NCBI GenBank assembly: GCA_964640385.1
Contig: CAZXFL010000003.1
Span: 100,725 to 164,724 of the forward strand
Direction of reading: 5' to 3'
Length of the DNA: 64,000 bases
Source: an uncultured Actinomycetes bacterium
Lineage (GTDB): Bacteria; Actinomycetota; UBA4738; JBBDHU01
Shown: positions 9,456-17,856 of the stretch, piece by piece
Layout of the letters: each line of letters opens with the position of its first letter
Position numbering within the stretch: position 1 is the stretch's first letter
The notes under the pieces: model-generated
Database searches by the model: none
What the model saw: the letters and a program-made list of their open reading frames with translations, nothing else
What the model was told of the DNA's origin: nothing
Made by a program: the position numbers and the translations under genes

Positions 9456-9574
9456 CGGAACCTCCCGGGTCGGATCGAGGCAATGCTATCACCGGCGGTC
9501 GGGGTGAACACCAGGCGTGGAGGCCCCCACTCCCGTGAACAGGTCGGCAAGGGTTACGCAGGTCTCCGCATGTG

Positions 9575-9780
9575 AGCGGAGGCGGACGGAGCGGAGGCGG
9601 ACGGGAATCGAACCCGCCGGGGAACTTGCGTCCCCCCACCGGTTTTGAAGCCGGGTGGGATCCGTCCATGGGGGTCTACGCCAGTCCACGCGGGTCCACT
9701 CTCAAGCGTGATGTTGTCTGCGCCAGTCCACCCTCGTCCACGCGGGTCCATGCACGGATGTCGGTACAGCGTCAGTACGG
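9575..9780 (-). repeat. partial copy B of the tRNA(UCA) 3' half, with a 15-bp tandem duplication, fused to the same arm repeat
   Basis: 9590-9650 matches the 3' half of the tRNA. AGCGGAGGCGGACGG is present twice in tandem (9575-9589 and 9590-9604). 9651-9780 matches 8065-8190. Confidence 0.6.
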
Positions 9781-9870
9781 AGACCTGAACGCCCTGACGG
9801 GATGGGCGTAGGTGACGCCCAGCCCGTTCGAATGAACCCAGTCGTCGGTGAGGATCGAGGCGGAGCTCGC

Positions 9871-12000
9871 CTAGCAGGCTCCCGCTGCGGCGCAGACCCC
9901 GATGTCTCCCAGCGTGCCGTTCGCCCCGCCGTCGCCGTCGAGCCCGTCGTCCTCGCCCGTCCCTTGGACGGCTGGGGCACTTGCGCCACCGGTCCCCCCG
10001 GTTCCGCCGCTCCCGCCGCTGATGGTGTTACCGGAGATCACGGGTGCGCTCGCCGCTCCGGACCGGTAGATCCCCCAACTGGAGCCGCCGGCGCCCCCGC
10101 CACCGCCCCCGCCATGACCACCGTGGGCTCCGGCGCCACCGGCGCCCGGGCTGGACGATCCGGGGTGCAGACCCGGAAGCCCGCCAGAGCCACCCGGCTG
10201 GCCGCGGCCGCCGCTTCCGCCGTTCCCACCGTTGCCACCATTCCCTCGCTGGATGTCGTTGCCGGAGATCGTCGGAGAGGAGTCGATGACATAGATGGCG
10301 AATGATCCGCCTCCAGCGCCGCCTCCGCCGCCGCCCCCGCGAGCGGCAAGTCCTCCAGCGCCGCCTCCACCGCCGCCGCCGCCCCAGGCGTCCGTCCCGC
10401 TATCGCACCCGCCGCCGCCTCCTCCTCCTCCTCCTCCGCTCCCGTTCTGACCTGTGCCGCCGCCGCTGGCTGCCGATCCGAACCACAATTCCCCAGACAA
10501 GAAGCCTCCTGAGCCGCCCCCGGCCCCGGCTGATCCATTGACGACCATGCCGGGAGAACCAGTGCCTCCGGCCGTGCCGCCGCCGGCGTCGCAACCGGCT
10601 GAGTTCGCCGGGCCGCCGGTCCCCTGAGCGCCCGCGCCGCCCGACGTGAAGTCGGCGGACGACCCGACGTCGCCGGAGGTGGCGGTCAGATCGAAGGGGC
10701 AGCTGTTGTCCATCTCCCCGCCGGCGCCGCCGGCGCCGCCGTCCATGTCGCGCGAACTCGGTGAGGTGCCCGAATTCGTCCCGCGTGATCCCCCGGCACC
10801 GTGGCTCGTGTCATCGCAGGCCAGCTGCTCGGCACCGGATCCCCCTTGATCACCGGAGGGCGCCGCAGTGAGCGTCGTCGCATCCCAACCGTTCCCACCG
10901 TCTGCTCCGTCCGCGCCGTCGCCCGCGATGATGGTGTTCCCCGAGATCGTGAGGACACCCGCCGGCACGTCCTCGACGAGGATCGTGTACGACGCCTTCA
11001 TCGATCCGCCGACACCCGTGGTGGAATTCGCCCCCTGCAGTGTGAGATCGGCCAGGATCGTCGGCTGGGTCAGCCCCTCGGCTGCGACGGTGACGGTCAT
11101 GGTCCGGTCCGGAGTCGCTGTCGTTACGACGGCGCCGTCGATGCCCTGCACGGTGGCCTCGTGACCGGGCGACTGAGGCGACGCGCGTAGGTACGATTGG
11201 TCGTAGCCGCCATAGACGCTCACGCCGTTGGCCATCTGGAAGAACCCGCTCGGGTAACTACCGGCCGCGACGTAGACGTCCCGATGCCCATTTGCAGCCG
11301 CGGTATCGATGCCCTGCTGGACGGTGGCACACGGGGAAGCCATCGTGCAGGCAAATCCCGAACCGGTTGTGGCAACGAAAGCCGCCTCGGCGACCTCGCC
11401 GTCGATCCCGTCGCAGTTGACGTCAACGAAGATCGTGTCCGGAAGGTCCGCGAGGCCTGGATGCACGCTGGGGTCGGCCGGTGCGCAGTCGCCGGTGGCC
11501 GGAGAGTATCCATCGCCGTCCGCATCCAGGGTCTTGGTCGGCACCGTCTTGCTCCGGGCCTGATTCCCGGAGCGATCGGTGACGGGCTTGGAGCGCGTGC
11601 GCTTGTAGGTGAGCCCGGGTGCGGCGGCCAAATCGGGCGAGCCACTCTCGGTCAATACGATCGTGATCGTCTTCCCCTGCGCGGCGCCGGCGCTCGCAAC
11701 CGAGTATCCCGCGACCTTGAAGGGGTACTTCCCGTCGGCATCGGCTTGGTGTCGAACCTTCTCGTTGTACGTGATGAGGATGCGGTCGACCTGGCCATCC
11801 GCGTCCAGATCCAGCATGGCAGCGCTGACGATCTTCGGCGGCTTCCGATCCGCGGCTCGTGCGTGCGGTGGGGGCAGGATAGCGGCAAGGACGAGTACTG
11901 GAACGATGATGGCTCGTGGGGTTCGGCGCACCGCGGAGATCCTCCCTCTCCGGAAGTATGAGCCGACCCTGTGTGGCTGTCGAGTCGCGTCTACGACTCC
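9871..12000 (-). CDS. large secreted glycine-rich parallel beta-helix repeat protein with MopE-like metal-binding motifs
   Basis: Signal region (RTPRAIIVPVLVLAAILPPPHARA). DADGDGYSPATGDCAPADP...DVNCDGIDGE is a putative MopE-type metal-binding motif. Repeated ISGNTI/ISGNDI beta-helix caps and long Gly-rich tracts. The ORF track extends it artificially through the tRNA. Confidence 0.6.
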   Translation of the reverse strand, partial: GVVDATRQPHRVGSYFRRGRISAVRRTPRAIIVPVLVLAAILPPPHARAADRKPPKIVSAAMLDLDADGQVDRILITYNEKVRHQADADGKYPFKVAGYSVASAGAAQGKTITIVLTESGSPDLAAAPGLTYKRTRSKPVTDRSGNQARSKTVPTKTLDADGDGYSPATGDCAPADPSVHPGLADLPDTIFVDVNCDGIDGEVAEAAFVATTGSGFACTMASPCATVQQGIDTAAANGHRDVYVAAGSYPSGFFQMANGVSVYGGYDQSYLRASPQSPGHEATVQGIDGAVVTTATPDRTMTVTVAAEGLTQPTILADLTLQGANSTTGVGGSMKASYTILVEDVPAGVLTISGNTIIAGDGADGADGGNGWDATTLTAAPSGDQGGSGAEQLACDDTSHGAGGSRGTNSGTSPSSRDMDGGAGGAGGEMDNSCPFDLTATSGDVGSSADFTSGGAGAQGTGGPANSAGCDAGGGTAGGTGSPGMVVNGSAGAGGGSGGFLSGELWFGSAASGGGTGQNGSGGGGGGGGGGCDSGTDAWGGGGGGGGAGGLAARGGGGGGGAGGGSFAIYVIDSSPTISGNDIQRGNGGNGGNGGSGGRGQPGGSGGLPGLHPGSSSPGAGGAGAHGGHGGGGGGGAGGSSWGIYRSGAASAPVISGNTISGGSGGTGGTGGASAPAVQGTGEDDGLDGDGGANGTLGDIGVCAAAGAC

Positions 12001-12004
12001 TTCG

Positions 12005-12096
12005 AGCATATGAGCGGAGGCGGACGGGAATCGAACCCGCCGGAGAACTTGCGTCCCCCCACCGGTTTTGAAGACCGGGGGGCCCACCAGGAACCC
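12005..12096 (-). tRNA. selC: class-II tRNA with anticodon UCA (tRNA-Sec/selC candidate, or a Ser-type opal suppressor)
   Basis: Minus-strand fold: acceptor GGAGGCG/CGCCTCC with discriminator G; 3-bp D-stem with a GG-containing 11-nt D-loop; anticodon stem CCGGT/ACCGG with loop CUUCAAA (the same loop as E. coli selC); a ~20-nt variable arm forming a 6-bp hairpin with a GCAA loop; T-arm GGCGGG-TTCGATT-CCCGTC. The acceptor plus T-stem total 13 bp, as in tRNA-Sec. Confidence 0.5.
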
Positions 12097-12244
12097 TGAC
12101 GCCTCCGTGGGGCAGCCTATCCGTCCGGCGCCGTCGGCACGGTCGGGTCGCGACCGATCTCGCAGGCCGGGTTAGGCTACGTCGATGGAACCGGGTCCCG
12201 TGCGGGCCTCGATCTCGACTTCCTGATCTGAAGGAGCTGGCGAA

Positions 12245-12757
12245 ATGAGCAGCACGACCGCGCGACTACGAACCCGGCTGGCGCTCGTCGCCCTCTCGAC
12301 GGCGTTCGTCATCTTGACCACCGCGCTCCCCGCTTCGGCGTGCTGCTCGGGTCCGGATCCGGATGACACGTCTGGCAGGCTCGACATGTCCGCGGCGAGC
12401 GGCTTCAAGGATGCCCCAGGTGCACCACTCGACCTCAGCATCGAAACGTTCGGGCGATGGGGTGACCGCGTACTGGCGCGCAGTGGTCCTGGTCGGGTGT
12501 TCGTGTACTTCGACACGACGGGCGACTTGGTCTCCGACTATGTCGGCAAGGTCAAGCTTGCGCACGGTCGGCTCGTGATGGTCATCACCGGTCCCGGTTT
12601 CAGGAGCCAGCCGCTCGAGGTGCGGCGTCCGAACCGCAGCAAAGCCAAGGTGACGGTCGCCTTCTATTTCCGGACCGAATTCACGGCGGTCGGTGCCTGT
12701 TCGGGTGGCTGCGCAGACGAAACCCCGGATGTCCCCGGCTGGTTCGGGCCGATCTAG
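12245..12757 (+). CDS. secreted hypothetical protein
   Basis: Signal peptide (LALVALSTAFVILTTALPASA). No known domain. Confidence 0.5.
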   Translation: MSSTTARLRTRLALVALSTAFVILTTALPASACCSGPDPDDTSGRLDMSAASGFKDAPGAPLDLSIETFGRWGDRVLARSGPGRVFVYFDTTGDLVSDYVGKVKLAHGRLVMVITGPGFRSQPLEVRRPNRSKAKVTVAFYFRTEFTAVGACSGGCADETPDVPGWFGPI

Positions 12758-12903
12758 CCCCGGGGTCTGACTAGTCCGTCCGGGCCATCTCTGGTGGTTC
12801 GGCCCCAGAGGGCTAAACCTTTCCGGCGTTCCTGCCGAGGGAAAAACTGGGGACAGCTAACGCAACGCGCCGACCTACGCATGCCCTTTCTTCATCGGCT
12901 TCA

Positions 12904-13302
12904 TTGATAAGGAAAGGAGAGGGCATGGGTGCCGCGCCGTTCGTACAGTCGTTCGCGCGGAACTTGGAGCAGGGTGAAGGGGTGCAGGCGTTCGTGGACG
13001 CCATCGTTCGGTACGGCGATGGGCTGCGGACGGGGAAAGTCGTCCTGACGGATCGGCGGTTGCTGCTGATTCTGCCGGACGACGAAGGTGGAGAACCGGA
13101 CATCCGTGCGTTCAAGCGCACGGAGTGCACGGTCGTCAGTACCCAGGAGCGTGATGACGGCGGTGTCCTCGTCGTTCTGAAGCTGCGGGATCGCGTACTG
13201 GGATTGTGCTTCATGGATTGGTGGCGTCAGGAAGGCGAGCAGCTGATCGCCTCCCTAAGCCCCGAACAGGAAGGAGGGCGATCGCACCGCCGGGTGAGCT
13301 GA
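12904..13302 (+). CDS. hypothetical protein (possible bacterial PH-like domain)
   Basis: ORF of 132 aa. The KVVLTDRRLLLI...ECTVV pattern is reminiscent of bPH domains. Confidence 0.35.
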   Translation: MIRKGEGMGAAPFVQSFARNLEQGEGVQAFVDAIVRYGDGLRTGKVVLTDRRLLLILPDDEGGEPDIRAFKRTECTVVSTQERDDGGVLVVLKLRDRVLGLCFMDWWRQEGEQLIASLSPEQEGGRSHRRVS

Positions 13303-13320
13303 GCGTTCTACGATGAACGC

Positions 13321-14133
13321 ATGCAGGCGGCCTTCTTCGACCTCGACAAGACCGTCATCTCCCGGTCGAGCTCGTTCAGCCTCGCGCGGCCGATGTACCG
13401 CGCGGGCATGGTTTCGCGCCGGACCGTCCTTCAGAGTGCGTACGCGCAACTGGTTTTCGTGCTGCTCGGAGCCGACGAACGCCGGCTGGACCGCGCCAAG
13501 GGGGCGATGCTCAAGCTGACCAAGGGCTGGGAGCGCGCCCGACTCGAGGCGCTGGTCCGCGAGGTGATGGAAGAGGTCATCGACCCGTTCGTCTACCAGG
13601 AGGCGCTCGAGCTGATGGAGGAGCATCGCGCCGCCGGCCGGGAGGTCTGGATCGTCTCGACCTCCCCTGAGGAGATCGTCCGCCCATTGGCCGAGCACTT
13701 CGGCGCGACCGGCGTCATCGCTACGCGCGCCGCCGTCACTTCCGAAGGCCGTTACACCGGCGAGCTGGAGTTCTACTGTTTCCGCGAGGCCAAAGCCGAG
13801 GCGATGCGCGAGCTGGCCGAACGCCGGGGCATCGACCTCGCGTCGTCGTTCGCCTACTCGGACTCGATGACCGACCTGCCGATGCTCGAGTCGGTGGGCG
13901 AGCCCCACGCGGTCAATCCCGACCGCGAACTGCGCCGCGAGGCCGAGCAGCGCGAGTGGCCCGTGCTCTCGTTCCGACGTCCGGTGCGATTGATGAGGCG
14001 TCGCGTGCCGGCGTCCGATGGCGGCAGCGGTTTCGTCGTGGTGTGGGCTGTTGCCGCCGCCGCGGTCGCCGTCGGATTGCTGGTGTGGATCTGGATGCGG
14101 GGCCGCAGATCGCAACGCCGGTCCCGAAGGTGA
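13321..14133 (+). CDS. HAD-superfamily hydrolase, subfamily IB
   Basis: HAD motif I (FFDLDKTVI) and motif IV (YSDSMTDLPML). A C-terminal membrane anchor follows (GFVVVWAVAAAAVAVGLLVWIW). Confidence 0.8.
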   Translation: MQAAFFDLDKTVISRSSSFSLARPMYRAGMVSRRTVLQSAYAQLVFVLLGADERRLDRAKGAMLKLTKGWERARLEALVREVMEEVIDPFVYQEALELMEEHRAAGREVWIVSTSPEEIVRPLAEHFGATGVIATRAAVTSEGRYTGELEFYCFREAKAEAMRELAERRGIDLASSFAYSDSMTDLPMLESVGEPHAVNPDRELRREAEQREWPVLSFRRPVRLMRRRVPASDGGSGFVVVWAVAAAAVAVGLLVWIWMRGRRSQRRSRR

Positions 14134-14349
14134 GGGGCCGAACGGCCGATTTCCCTCCCGGGGGGTCCGGGTGTAGGGTCGGGAAGTAGGGAGCAGTACC
14201 CACGCGCGGACTGCCGCGGGAGGCATGCTCGGGTGCGGCTGACATAGTCGGCCGGCAGCCGAGCAAGTGCAAGAGCGCTTGTTAGCTGCTCCCTTTCTCT
14301 TTGCCCGGCTCGGGCGGATCGCGTCGCGAACTCAGACAGGACCGCGTTG

Positions 14350-14637
14350 TTAGCTGCTGCGTGCCGATGCGTGGGCCAGGCGCGCAGCCAGGCGTTCGGC
14401 CCGCTCCGCCGCCTCGTCGATGCTGCCTTCCGACACGGTCCGGCGGATCGTTCCGAGTTCGGTCTCGACTACCGTGCCGAGGCGTCCCTTGCGCGTGTGC
14501 GGGTCGCGGATGAATTCCTCGAGCTCGGCGACCGCGTGGTCGAGCCGGGCCATCGAGTCGTTCGCCCGGAACTGGGTGGCCGCGGCGGCCCTGCGCCGTG
14601 CCTCCCGCCGCTCTGCCAGGTCGATCACGTTGCTCAT
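14350..14637 (-). CDS. small hypothetical protein (95 aa)
   Basis: ORF starting MSNVIDLAERREARRR. Charged helical protein. Divergent from the ferritin-like gene. Confidence 0.35.
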   Translation of the reverse strand: MSNVIDLAERREARRRAAAATQFRANDSMARLDHAVAELEEFIRDPHTRKGRLGTVVETELGTIRRTVSEGSIDEAAERAERLAARLAHASARSS

Positions 14638-14716
14638 GGTTCGATGGTAGGACTCGCCTCTGACATTTCCGGTATCTGCGCCGGGAATCACCCGGGCACC
14701 CGCCTAGAATCCCCTC

Positions 14717-15373
14717 ATGGGGGACACGCAAGCCGTCGCGCTCCTATTGGCCGCACTCACCTGTGGGGAGCGGTTCGCCGCCCGCCGGGCGCGCGAGAAC
14801 GTCACCCTCGCGCCCGACGAGCGCACGAGCAAGGAACAGGTGCATATCGCCGAACACGAGGAGCGCAGCTACGAGCTGGTCTCGGCACGCCTCGCCGAGG
14901 TTGGCGATCCGGGACTGACGGAGCGCTTCCAGCCCTACTTCCAGTCGTTCCACGACCGCTGCGCTCCCTCGGACTGGGTGGAGGCGCAGGCGTTCCACTA
15001 CATCGGGGACGCACTGGTTTCCGAGTTCGGCGATGCGCTGGCCGGCAGGCTCGATCCGGTCTCGGCCGAAGTCGTAACCAAGTCCCTCGGCGGCCGGGAG
15101 GCGCAGGAATCGTTCTCGCTGGACGAGTTGCAGCGGGCGATCGACCAGGACCCCGAGACCCGCTCGAGGATCGCCGACTACGCCCGCCGCATCTCGGGCG
15201 AGGCGCTGACCCAGACGTCCCGGGCGCTGGAGGCCGCGGCCGCGCTGCGCGATCTGCTGGGCGGCGTGCAGGGCGAGAAGGCCATCCTGCTGGACCTGCT
15301 TGAGGCCCACCGGGTGCGACTGGACCGGCTGGGCATCGACATGGTCGAGATGGACGACGACGACGGCATCTGA
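14717..15373 (+). CDS. ferritin-like domain protein
   Basis: Four-helix-bundle-type composition with E..H..E-type segments (HIAEHEERSYE; EAQAFHYIGDALVSEF). The assignment is tentative. Confidence 0.45.
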   Translation: MGDTQAVALLLAALTCGERFAARRARENVTLAPDERTSKEQVHIAEHEERSYELVSARLAEVGDPGLTERFQPYFQSFHDRCAPSDWVEAQAFHYIGDALVSEFGDALAGRLDPVSAEVVTKSLGGREAQESFSLDELQRAIDQDPETRSRIADYARRISGEALTQTSRALEAAAALRDLLGGVQGEKAILLDLLEAHRVRLDRLGIDMVEMDDDDGI

Positions 15374-15445
15374 CCTCCGGTCTCGGCCAACGGTCCTACC
15401 TGACTTGCAGTAGACGGCCTCGGCGGGGCACGATACCCCTCCAGT

Positions 15446-16573
15446 GTGCCCGCGTCAGGGGACCCCGTTGGGGGGTCGAATGTGAGTCAGACGTCTCAGG
15501 AGACCGTGGAAGATCTCGAGCGCTTCAAGCACGCCTTCGCCAGCGCCCCTATCGGCATGGCGTTGGTGGGCAGCGACTTCCGGTTCCTGGAGGTCAACGA
15601 CGCTCTCTGCGCCATGGTCGGCTACCCGCGTGAGGAGCTGACGGGCCTCACCTTCGTCGACATCACGCACCCGGATGACGCCGAGATCGGCGCGCACCTG
15701 GCCAAGCAGCTGTTCGAGGGGGAGCTACCGCACTACCGGATCGAGAAGCGCTACCTGGCCAAGTCGGGCGACGTGATCTGGGTCGACCTCAGCGCCACCC
15801 TGATCCCCGCCGGGGACGGCACGCCCTATGGCCTCGGGATCATCGAGAACATCACCGACCGCAAGACGGGCGAGATCCAGCTGCGGGAGCTGGAGGCCGA
15901 GCAGCGCAAGCTGCTCGACGCCACCATGGGCGCGGTCGAGGACGAGCGCAGCCACCTCGCCGGGGAACTCAGCGACGGGACGATCCCGCGCCTGACTGCG
16001 TTCGCGCAGAAGGTCGAGACCGTGCGGGCGACCCTGGCATCGTTGGCCGGTTCCATGGAGTCCGAGGCGTCCCTGCACGAGGTCCAGCAGGGCTTGACCG
16101 AAGAGGCGAGTTACCTGTACACGCTGGCCGGACGCCTGCGGCCGGTGATGCTGGCCCGTCAGGGGTTGGAGCCGGCGATCCAGGGACTGGCCGAGTGGCT
16201 CAAGTGGGCTCTGTCGATGCCGTGCACGATCAGCGTGGTCCTCGACGGCCGGCTCCCGCCCGAGGTCGAGATCAACGTCTACCGGATCGCGCAGGAAGCC
16301 GTGACCAACATCATCCGGCATTCGCGTGCCACGCTGACGTCGATCTCGGTCTGGAAGCAAGGCGATCAGATCCTGATGCACATCCGCGACAACGGCGTCG
16401 GGTTCGATGCGACCTCGCCGACCCGGGCCGAGAGCATGGGCATCGGCCTGATGCGCCGGCGCGCGCAAGCGCTCGGCGGGACGTTCAGCGTCGAGTCGGT
16501 GGTCGGCGGCGGCACGTCGGTCCGCGCGTCGATCCCCGCACCCGCACCCCCGCCGGCAGCCGAGGGCGAGTAG
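15446..16573 (+). CDS. PAS-domain sensor histidine kinase (HisKA_3/NarL-family type), cytoplasmic
   Basis: PAS (FKHAFASAPIGMALVGSDFRFLEVNDALCAMVGYPREEL). HATPase_c (IAQEAVTNIIRHS...IRDNGVGFD...GIGLMRRRAQALGGTFSV). No adjacent cognate response regulator; it sits directly upstream of the tad locus. Confidence 0.8.
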   Translation: MPASGDPVGGSNVSQTSQETVEDLERFKHAFASAPIGMALVGSDFRFLEVNDALCAMVGYPREELTGLTFVDITHPDDAEIGAHLAKQLFEGELPHYRIEKRYLAKSGDVIWVDLSATLIPAGDGTPYGLGIIENITDRKTGEIQLRELEAEQRKLLDATMGAVEDERSHLAGELSDGTIPRLTAFAQKVETVRATLASLAGSMESEASLHEVQQGLTEEASYLYTLAGRLRPVMLARQGLEPAIQGLAEWLKWALSMPCTISVVLDGRLPPEVEINVYRIAQEAVTNIIRHSRATLTSISVWKQGDQILMHIRDNGVGFDATSPTRAESMGIGLMRRRAQALGGTFSVESVVGGGTSVRASIPAPAPPPAAEGE

Positions 16574-16770
16574 CCCGGGGGAGCACGGCATCCCCCGGAT
16601 GGGGTGCCGACGTGCCCGATGCATCCCGCGCGCGAATCGGTCGCTTTGGCGATTCACGGGTGCATCCCATCCGCGTAGGCTTGTCCATGTTCCGCAGGAC
16701 GGCCGACGCCCTCGGATGAGCCCCCTCTCCTCCCTATCGCAGTGCAAGTAGTTCCGGGCTTCCCGTCTGG

Positions 16771-17856
16771 ATGGAGACTATGGTTGGGGTCGCGAGGGTA
16801 TTGCTCGCGTGCGACGAACCGATGTTGGCCGAGGAAGTGATGAGCTTCCTCGATCGCACGGGTCGCGCGAAGGTGGTCGCCGCGGCGGCCGATCGGCAGC
16901 AACTCGCCGAAGCGGTGCGACAGGTGAGTCCGGACGTCATCGTCGCGACGCCGAGCCTCGCCGGTCATGTGGATGCCTCCGTCGCGCCGATCCTCGTCAT
17001 GGATCGGTCGGAAACGGTCGGCGGGCTCCGGACCGCGCTGCGGACCGGTGCGGTGGGGTTCACGGTGTGGCCGGATGACCGTGACGGTCTGGCCGGGCTG
17101 GTCGCATCGTCGGCGTCCGAGGCACCGGTCGCATCTGCTGCGGGACCGACGAAGGTGATCACCGTCGTCGGGGCGCGCGGCGGTGCGGGTGCGACGTTCC
17201 TCGCGACGCATCTGGCCGACGCCTGTGCGCGCCTGGGGTCGCGGACCATCCTGATCGATGTTGATCCGGTCTTCGGCGAGGTGGGGTTCGCGCTCGGCGC
17301 ACACCGGGATCCAGAGGCGAGAACGGCTCGCGAGCTGGTCCCGATGATGGACGAGCTGACCTCGGCGCATCTCGAGGAGGTCCTGTGGCCGCACCCACGC
17401 GGGTTCCGTGTGCTGCTCGGGGGCGAAGGCCTCCTGCCGTCACACCATCCCGGATTGCTGGCGGCGGCGGGCGGCGTGGCTGATGCCCTGATCGTTCATG
17501 TGCCCCGCTCCGACCTACTGGGTTCCGTCGGACTCCTGGCCGCGAGCGACCGCCTGCTCTGCGTGTTGCTGCTCGACGTCATGAGCTTCCAGTGTGCGAA
17601 ACGCCTCCTCGACGGGCTCGAGGCCCAGCCGGCACCGCAGGCGGATCTGGTCCTGAATCGCGCGTCGCGGGCCGAGCTGGTCCCGGGCGACGTCGTGCGC
17701 GTGTTCGGCCGTGCCCCCCTGGCGATCGTTCCCGAGGATCGCGCAGTGGCATCCGCGCAGGACCGGGGCCGGCTCCTCTCGCCACGGAGCCGTCCTTGCC
17801 GTGCGGTCACCCGGCTCGCCGGAACCATCCTCGAAGACGGGGAGCGGGCAGCGTGA
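16771..17856 (+). CDS. cpaE: Flp pilus assembly protein CpaE/TadZ (receiver-like N-domain plus ParA/MinD-type ATPase)
   Basis: Walker A-like VVGARGGAGATFLATHLA preceded by a REC-like N-terminal domain. Gene order with cpaF. Confidence 0.8.
   Translation: METMVGVARVLLACDEPMLAEEVMSFLDRTGRAKVVAAAADRQQLAEAVRQVSPDVIVATPSLAGHVDASVAPILVMDRSETVGGLRTALRTGAVGFTVWPDDRDGLAGLVASSASEAPVASAAGPTKVITVVGARGGAGATFLATHLADACARLGSRTILIDVDPVFGEVGFALGAHRDPEARTARELVPMMDELTSAHLEEVLWPHPRGFRVLLGGEGLLPSHHPGLLAAAGGVADALIVHVPRSDLLGSVGLLAASDRLLCVLLLDVMSFQCAKRLLDGLEAQPAPQADLVLNRASRAELVPGDVVRVFGRAPLAIVPEDRAVASAQDRGRLLSPRSRPCRAVTRLAGTILEDGERAA

Larger units (their letters stand above)
8004..12004 (-). mobile_element. two tandem degenerate integrated elements (genomic-island remnants) at the tRNA(UCA) gene
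   Basis: Intact tRNA at the high-coordinate end. Two direct partial 3'-tRNA copies in the same orientation act as attR-like ends. The interior ends next to each partial copy are conserved, and the cargo is secreted hypothetical proteins. No integrase ORF is detectable. Confidence 0.45.

Noticed and set aside
7894-9751. Multiple small ORFs (e.g. 7894-8142, 7923-8216, 9178-9669, 9489-9689, 9554-9751) with near-identical peptides (…GFESRPPP…, …VDPRGLAQTPWTDPT…)
   Set aside because: These are translations of the repeated tRNA-derived and arm repeat DNA, not paralogous protein genes. The similarity is explained at the nucleotide level.
13255-14226. 323-aa minus-strand ORF antisense to the HAD hydrolase
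   Set aside because: It fully overlaps a well-supported HAD-IB gene on the opposite strand and has Arg/Pro/Gly-rich shadow-ORF composition.
17592-17856. N-terminal 87-aa extension of the cpaF ORF
   Set aside because: This region is the 3' end of cpaE in another frame. The GTG at 17853, overlapping the cpaE stop, gives a CpaF of normal length.
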